64,000 nt of DNA, taken from the IMG/VR virus record IMGVR_UViG_3300017917_003388, positions 64,001-128,000 of that record. The stretch is one strand, 5' to 3'. Made by a program: the position numbers and the translations under genes. Origin of the DNA: a virus. Position 1 is the stretch's first letter, and each line of letters starts with the position of its first letter. The notes below the pieces were generated by a model. That model was not told where the DNA came from, ran no database searches, and was given only the letters and a program-made list of their open reading frames with translations. Positions 58,523 to 64,000 of this stretch are shown here, one piece after another.

Positions 58523-59521
58523 TTATTTAATTTTGATGAATTTATCTTTTTTCAATTCATATACATTGGAAGATTTATGAGCAGTAGATTTAGTCATAAC
58601 TATCGCTTCGTTATTTTTGATATTAAACATATTTCTGTCTGCTCTATAACCAGCAGTTAAATATGGGTAATACATATTTTTTGGGATAGATGGAGGAATA
58701 TAACTATGTTCAGCAGTTAATTTATATATGTTTTTATATATGTTGTGTAAATTTATATTACCTTGTAATATTATGTTTATATTATCTGGCCCATGATTTT
58801 CATTACCATATTCTGAACCATATATTAACTTATGAATTAAATTTATATTTTTTAATTTATAAATAAATCGAGTTTGGTTTGGAACCCCATCTAAACTATT
58901 TAAATATATAAAATCATTTAATCTATCATTAAAGTATAATACTTCAAGATCATTGTTATATCTAGTGTATCCACTCCATCTAATAAAATCATCGGGGGAA
59001 GGACCATGGATTCCTGCTTTTTTATGGGAAATAAATATAACAGGTTCATTTGATGTGTTTATTATATTAAAATCAGATTTTGGAGTACCAGATTGGGATA
59101 TAGCTTTATGTACATATTTGTATTTTTTATTTTTTATTAATACATCTATATACCCCCCATGTTTATTAATTAATTCATATAATTTTAAATTTAATAAATT
59201 CAAATTATAATCTTCAACTACTGTTCCTGAACCTGTACCTTTTCCACCAAAAGATTGATCTTTAGTTAGATCTGAAATGGAATATTGAGTTTGAATGTCT
59301 GTAAAAAATGGGAATTTATTAATAGGATGAAACATATGTTTACATGTTATTATTTTTTTATTTAGAAAAAGATCTAAATATTCATCTCTATCAAATTTTA
59401 ATATTTTATTCTCTCCATTAACTAAATTAAATGGAATCTCATTTATTATTTTATTCGATAAAATATCAAAACGATATCCTCCCCTTTTACTTAAATCATA
59501 AATGGTTAAAGGTTTAAACAT
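58523..59521 (-). CDS. putative PD-(D/E)xK restriction-endonuclease-like nuclease
   Basis: VEDYNL helix followed by TPKSDF...FISHKK pattern. Confidence 0.5.
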   Translation of the reverse strand: MFKPLTIYDLSKRGGYRFDILSNKIINEIPFNLVNGENKILKFDRDEYLDLFLNKKIITCKHMFHPINKFPFFTDIQTQYSISDLTKDQSFGGKGTGSGTVVEDYNLNLLNLKLYELINKHGGYIDVLIKNKKYKYVHKAISQSGTPKSDFNIINTSNEPVIFISHKKAGIHGPSPDDFIRWSGYTRYNNDLEVLYFNDRLNDFIYLNSLDGVPNQTRFIYKLKNINLIHKLIYGSEYGNENHGPDNINIILQGNINLHNIYKNIYKLTAEHSYIPPSIPKNMYYPYLTAGYRADRNMFNIKNNEAIVMTKSTAHKSSNVYELKKDKFIKIK

Positions 59522-59534
59522 TTTTATAACTAAT

Positions 59535-60065
59535 TTATTCGCTAATTTCTTCTTCTGATCCTAAATCATCTTTAGGTAATTCATTTTGATTAATATCTTC
59601 AGGAGAAGAAACAGGTTGTTCTTGTGATTGTGATGATGGTGTTATTTTTTCTTTATTGACTTCGGATTTGGCTCCATATGATAAAATTCGAGCAATAGAT
59701 TCAATACAATTTTGCTCTTCACTTAAATTTAATAAGTAATATTTTTTACCCTCAACTTTACCAATCCATGTTCTATCAGTGTATATTAAATAAAATGGTT
59801 GTTCATTAGCTAATACTATTCTAAAAGTAGTAGGTCTAGGAGCTACCCATTCTATATCTTTTATAAATAATTCATATTGTTCTGTTAACAATAATATAAT
59901 AACATCTTTAAGAGTAGGAAATTTGACTAATACTGGAAAGCGAGTTGTGTCTAAAGATATAGAAGTAGATGTATCTAAGTCTATATTTTTAGTTTTATTA
60001 TCAATAACATTGTTATATATTGATTTTATTTTTTCTTTTAATTCTCGTTTATTCATATTAATCAA
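59535..60065 (-). CDS. hypothetical protein
   Basis: IEWVAPRPTTFRI..N..F.L motif; acidic tail. Confidence 0.65.
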   Translation of the reverse strand: MINMNKRELKEKIKSIYNNVIDNKTKNIDLDTSTSISLDTTRFPVLVKFPTLKDVIILLLTEQYELFIKDIEWVAPRPTTFRIVLANEQPFYLIYTDRTWIGKVEGKKYYLLNLSEEQNCIESIARILSYGAKSEVNKEKITPSSQSQEQPVSSPEDINQNELPKDDLGSEEEISE

Positions 60066-60567
60066 GTTTTATATATGGTGATACTATACTTTCATAATCA
60101 CTCATATTTAAAATATCTTTGGATTTAGATAATTGTATGATATTTTCTAACACAAAATGTAAATCAAGATCATTATGTGCATCTTCTCTAGAATATTCCA
60201 TTATTCTTATTAATAAAGGAATAGATAAACTAATATATTCTTTGAATTGATTTTTTGATTCTTCATTTTCTTTTTTAAATATATCTAAAGAAGGTGATGA
60301 TATAATCGATCTTGATTTAATATAATCAACTGAATTTATATCATCATCTACTTCTTCTGATTTTTTTATGGGAGATGATAAAACTGTTTTTATAGTTTCT
60401 TTAATTTTTAGTTTATCTTGCTTATCTACCATATTTTTAGCTAAAGTAATAGCTCTCCCCATCATTACCTTTTCAGCATCAGCACCATATTTTGAAACAA
60501 AATCTCTTTTATTTTGTTTATATTGATTATATAACTGATTCTTAATTGATAATTCTCTGGGGTTCAT
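60058..60567 (-). CDS. hypothetical protein
   Basis: FVSKYG.DAEKVMMGRA and IPLLIRIMEYSREDA..DLDLH modules. Confidence 0.65.
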   Translation of the reverse strand: MNPRELSIKNQLYNQYKQNKRDFVSKYGADAEKVMMGRAITLAKNMVDKQDKLKIKETIKTVLSSPIKKSEEVDDDINSVDYIKSRSIISSPSLDIFKKENEESKNQFKEYISLSIPLLIRIMEYSREDAHNDLDLHFVLENIIQLSKSKDILNMSDYESIVSPYIKLD

Positions 60568-60584
60568 TTGGGGAGTTTTAAAAA

Positions 60585-60758
60585 TTATTTACTTTTACTT
60601 TCAGCTACTGATGCTTTGTTATAAGCTGAAATTAGTTTTTTTAATTCACTTAAAGCTTTACGAGTTTTAGCTTTATTAGTTTTAAATTTACCTTCATGGT
60701 TTTCTTTTGCGGTTTCATATAACCCACTAATTTGTTCAAATAGTTCTTGTGTGTTCAT
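60585..60758 (-). CDS. Hc1/histone-H1-like small basic protein (not in ORF track)
   Basis: MNTQELFEQISGLYETAKENHEGKFKTNKAKTRKALSELKKLISAYNKASVAESKSK*; resembles the KAA..RARKA..ELKKL...YRK.S Hc1 pattern. Confidence 0.65.
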   Translation of the reverse strand: MNTQELFEQISGLYETAKENHEGKFKTNKAKTRKALSELKKLISAYNKASVAESKSK

Positions 60759-60789
60759 AGATATTTAGTTTTTATTTGTTTATTATTTG

Positions 60790-61209
60790 TTATTCATTTA
60801 TGTTTTGTTGTTGTCCTACAACTTGTGTTCTAACAAGCATTGTGATGGTATTACCAATTTGGTTTATTAATTTTTCATCTCCTAATTGTTGAGCATTTGC
60901 CATAGCCTTATTTAGAGAATCTTGAATTGCTTTTATATTTGGGTTTATATCTACTTCAGATGGAGTATCATCTTGAGATACATCTTGGTTATCTACACTG
61001 TCATCAGTATTAGTAATGTCTTCAATATCTATATCTTCTTGAGGAGCTACATCTTTTTTTTTCTTTTTAGATTCACCTAAAGACTTATGAATTAAACCTT
61101 TAATTGTATCTTTAAGATTATTAGATTCATTTAATGTATCATAATGTTTTATTGCAGGAATAGTTTCTCCAAAAGCTAATTTCTGCATATGTTCAAATTG
61201 TTTCATCAT
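60790..61209 (-). CDS. putative internal head protein with N-terminal HMQKLAFG motif
   Basis: MMKQFEHMQKLAFG, LNE/LGE sites, own ATATTTAT motif. Confidence 0.6.
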   Translation of the reverse strand: MMKQFEHMQKLAFGETIPAIKHYDTLNESNNLKDTIKGLIHKSLGESKKKKKDVAPQEDIDIEDITNTDDSVDNQDVSQDDTPSEVDINPNIKAIQDSLNKAMANAQQLGDEKLINQIGNTITMLVRTQVVGQQQNINE

Positions 61210-61234
61210 TTAATTTATAATAATAAATATTGTA

Positions 61235-61852
61235 TTATCTTTTTCCGTGTAAATATTTAGTTAAAATAGCACCTATTACTCCTAATTTTTGTCTTATTAA
61301 CACCCATTCTTCGTAAGATAATTTATGTTCTTTATTATAATAAGATATAGTAAGAGTACCTATAAAATTATCATGGATGTCTTTTATAGCTAATAAATAA
61401 AATGATTTAGTTTTATATTTTTTACCTTTTACCTGGAATAACCCACAATCTAGATCATTATTTGAACATTCTGGTATGCTTATTTCTCCATTTTTATATA
61501 CTAATGAAAATGTCTTTGGATATAAAGATACAGGAATGTTTTGGAATATATTTTTTATAGATTGAACTTTAGATGAAATTCGTTCATAGAATATACTAAA
61601 TTTTTTTATTGAAGTTCCTGTGGGGAAAAAATGACCACCATTGTGAAATTGAGATAAACATATTCTATCACAACTAAGTTCTTCTTGTAATATTTCTAGC
61701 TGTTTATCTATTTTTTCGTCAGTATTTATTGATTCACCTAATATATCTTTATTACTACTAAATTTATTTTTAGCCCATTCTACTAATATTGGTCCAAATA
61801 CAGAAGTTATCAAAGCAATAGCTATAGTTAGGATAGCATTTATTTTGTCCAT
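61235..61852 (-). CDS. putative holin (N-terminal TM plus GAF-like domain, T4 gpT-like architecture)
   Basis: TM AILTIAIALITSVFGPILV; DRICLSQFHNG...FSIFYE...IGTLTISY GAF-like pattern. Confidence 0.5.
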   Translation of the reverse strand: MDKINAILTIAIALITSVFGPILVEWAKNKFSSNKDILGESINTDEKIDKQLEILQEELSCDRICLSQFHNGGHFFPTGTSIKKFSIFYERISSKVQSIKNIFQNIPVSLYPKTFSLVYKNGEISIPECSNNDLDCGLFQVKGKKYKTKSFYLLAIKDIHDNFIGTLTISYYNKEHKLSYEEWVLIRQKLGVIGAILTKYLHGKR

Positions 61853-61855
61853 AAT

Positions 61856-62425
61856 TTATTTTTTAAGAGATTGCAAATATTTTATTGTTTCATCTTTATT
61901 TTGTAACAATTTTTGTTTTGCAGAACCATTCCATATTTCTATATCACCATTTTCAGAAATAAATGAATCATTTGAAGTATTTATTAATTCATTTATCCAC
62001 ACATTGTAATCTTCTATAACATGATCTATATCTGAGTTTAGTATGTTTTTTTCATATTCTTCCCATAATCCTAATTTACGTAAATTTGTTTCAAAATCTA
62101 TTTGACAATTAAAACATCTTTTATATTGAATATAAAATAATTTATCATATTTGTGTTTCATTAAATTTTTACAACAAGAACAAAATATTGGAACATTTAT
62201 CAATTTTTTAGCAGAATCTAACTTTGTTATATTTTGTTTTATACCATTTTTTATAGTCCATTGTCTTCCATCTTCTTCCCAAATATCTCCTTCAATATAG
62301 AATTCTTTTTTCTTTTCATATCCTACACTTAAATTAGTTTTTTCAGTTTCGTTTCCTGTTATAAGATTACGAAGACGTCTAACATCTTGATGTTTAAAAT
62401 TTTTAGATAATATACTATTTGACAT
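61856..62425 (-). CDS. Zn-finger hypothetical protein
   Basis: EGDIWEEDGRQWTIKNGIKQN; CSCC...CFNC. Confidence 0.7.
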   Translation of the reverse strand: MSNSILSKNFKHQDVRRLRNLITGNETEKTNLSVGYEKKKEFYIEGDIWEEDGRQWTIKNGIKQNITKLDSAKKLINVPIFCSCCKNLMKHKYDKLFYIQYKRCFNCQIDFETNLRKLGLWEEYEKNILNSDIDHVIEDYNVWINELINTSNDSFISENGDIEIWNGSAKQKLLQNKDETIKYLQSLKK

Positions 62426-63024
62426 TATTTATCTGATATTTCTTGTTTTGTTAATTTATAATCAACTCCAGATTCTAAACCAGCATTATTTAATATTTTT
62501 TTAAGAATAGGACCATCAATTAATTGAAACTTTAATGTAAAATCATCTATCTTAACAGGTTTTAATGTTGATTTTTTAGCAGTTTCTCCGCTAATCTTAT
62601 TATAATATTTCTCTACTAATTCTTTATTATATAAAGTTTTTTTAGGAAATATAAATAACATTTTACCATCTTTATCTTTATGTGTTTCTACTCCCTTTTT
62701 ATCAAATTTTTCCCCAGTTAATTCTTCTATTTTTGAATATAAAGTTTTTCCGTTTTCGTTATAAATATTAACATTAGTTTTAATAGTTGAAGCTATTCCT
62801 GGTCTATCACCAAATACTTTATTTTCTAAATCTTTTAATCCTGATGCTTCTTTGCTGAATATTTGTTTTAGATTTTCAGGGTTATTTAATATTTTAATAA
62901 AATCATCAGCATTGTAATCTTTTAATAATTGTAATATTAATTCATTTTGGGTTTGAAATTTCTTCAATCCACTTTCTTCTTCAGAATTTTCTTTTATTGT
63001 TAATTTATATTTAAATTTATTCAT
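62425..63024 (-). CDS. hypothetical protein
   Basis: intact 199-aa ORF coupled to its neighbours. Confidence 0.6.
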   Translation of the reverse strand: MNKFKYKLTIKENSEEESGLKKFQTQNELILQLLKDYNADDFIKILNNPENLKQIFSKEASGLKDLENKVFGDRPGIASTIKTNVNIYNENGKTLYSKIEELTGEKFDKKGVETHKDKDGKMLFIFPKKTLYNKELVEKYYNKISGETAKKSTLKPVKIDDFTLKFQLIDGPILKKILNNAGLESGVDYKLTKQEISDK

Positions 63025-63545
63025 AGTCCTAAATTTTTTAATTGTTTAATAGTATCACTAGCTGATGTATGGAGTATACCAATTCCTCCTCTACTGTTCC
63101 ACTCAATAATCGTATCATCTCTATCATCAATTAATATTCTATTTTTTTTAGAATAATTTTGTTTTTTATTTCTATCTGATAGTATCAATTGGTAATTACC
63201 TAAATTTTCTTTAACCCATAATCTTTTACCGTATCTTGAAGATGAGTGTTTCGAAGGAGCTGACAGTAATTTGGGGTTATATGTTTTTATATAATCCCAC
63301 AATTGTTTTCCATCTTTCATCCAAGGCATTTTAGACCAAAATTCATATCCTATTTTATTAATTAAATTCCAAAAATTTTCAGCTCCATGTTTAATTTCAT
63401 AAGCTTTAGGAGATATATTTCCATATTGTTCAAATCTAAAATCAAAATCACATAATACTCCATCCATATCACAAAATATATTATATTTAGTAATATTTAA
63501 ATTTTCATTTTTGATCTGATTATATAGATCTGTTAATTTATACAT
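63021..63545 (-). CDS. HAD-family 5'(3')-deoxyribonucleotidase
   Basis: FCDMDGVLCDF, LLSAP, GKRLW, LIDD...W...GG.GILH. Confidence 0.88.
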   Translation of the reverse strand: MYKLTDLYNQIKNENLNITKYNIFCDMDGVLCDFDFRFEQYGNISPKAYEIKHGAENFWNLINKIGYEFWSKMPWMKDGKQLWDYIKTYNPKLLSAPSKHSSSRYGKRLWVKENLGNYQLILSDRNKKQNYSKKNRILIDDRDDTIIEWNSRGGIGILHTSASDTIKQLKNLGL

Positions 63546-63551
63546 AGAATT

Positions 63552-64000
63552 TTATTTAATTGAATTTTCCCAACTTCTAAATAACATATTACCCTTTTCA
63601 TATGCTTCTCGTTCAAGTTCTGCTAAATATTCATCTTCATTTATATTTTGAGTAGATATGTTGTTTAATCTATCTTCGGTATCTTGTTTAAAATGAATCA
63701 TTTCATGTGAAAATGACCTAGTTATATCTTTAGGATGTCTTCCTAAAGTGTATAAAACAATACATTTATTATTGGGATCATAATATGCTGTTTTACCTAA
63801 AGGTTTAGATGCATTATCCTCATCATTATTTATAAATTTAATTTTAGGTAATGATTGTAATTCCAATTCCTTTTTTATAAATTTAGTTAAAGAATATATA
63901 TTATCTTTAATAGTAGATATATCAGGCTGGTATAATTTGTTTTCATTGATTTTTTCTTTAACTTCTAATATTTCTTCTTCATCGTATTTAGAGTATTGTT
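63552..64000 (-). CDS. C-terminal part of a protein with an HExxH zincin-like domain (starts beyond the window)
   Basis: TAYYDP...RSFSHEMIH..Q...EREAY; frame open to the window edge. Confidence 0.7.
   Translation of the reverse strand, partial: QYSKYDEEEILEVKEKINENKLYQPDISTIKDNIYSLTKFIKKELELQSLPKIKFINNDEDNASKPLGKTAYYDPNNKCIVLYTLGRHPKDITRSFSHEMIHFKQDTEDRLNNISTQNINEDEYLAELEREAYEKGNMLFRSWENSIK

Noticed and set aside
822-59210. All plus-strand ORFs in the track (e.g. 822, 2747, 5144, 40694, 49386, 58953)
   Set aside because: Antisense shadows of well-supported minus-strand genes; Ser/Leu/Phe-rich with no motifs or promoters
1-64000. Stop-codon reassignment
   Set aside because: Core genes are intact under the standard code, and TAA, TAG and TGA all terminate genes at expected positions

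Overview
A 64-kb segment of a large, very AT-rich, T4-like myovirus genome. Essentially every real gene is on the minus strand, and the standard genetic code fits. In transcription order (high to low coordinates) the window holds five regions. (1) About 64-48.6 kb is an accessory/head-protein region: HAD nucleotidase, GAF-type holin candidate, Hc1-like protein, cupin, DenV-like glycosylase, SLOG protein, FAD oxidoreductase, P-loop kinase, a spanin-like pair, and many small proteins sharing short peptide tags. (2) The head module has terminase, portal, prohead protease, scaffold and major capsid protein. (3) PhoH, a fibre, neck, sheath, tube, tail chaperone(s), tape measure and baseplate genes follow. 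(4) The replication module has a compact family-A polymerase, gp32 SSB, UvsX, 5'-3' exonuclease, DnaB/gp41 helicase and class I RNR. (5) A 7-deazaguanine cluster (TGT/DpdA-like, queC, queD, queE) is interspersed with homing endonucleases. TTTG-N19/20-TATATTT promoters, SD-less A-rich starts and a Cys-Asp-Asp-Asp lipoprotein point to a Bacteroidota host. The most notable signal is a putative two-tag capsid cargo-loading system: an N-terminal amphipathic 'L(K/R)xLIxE' helix plus an 'RMQKLAG' motif that mimics the scaffold C-terminus, carried by winged-helix/AT-hook DNA-binding proteins and enzymes. Other highlights are a late-promoter-like motif that is the reverse complement of the T4 late promoter, hairpins sequestering homing-endonuclease start regions, a +1 frameshift before the tape measure gene, a multi-hairpin RNA element upstream of the polymerase, and atypical QueC/QueE/NrdB variants. 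All functional calls come from motif recognition by eye; no database searches were run.
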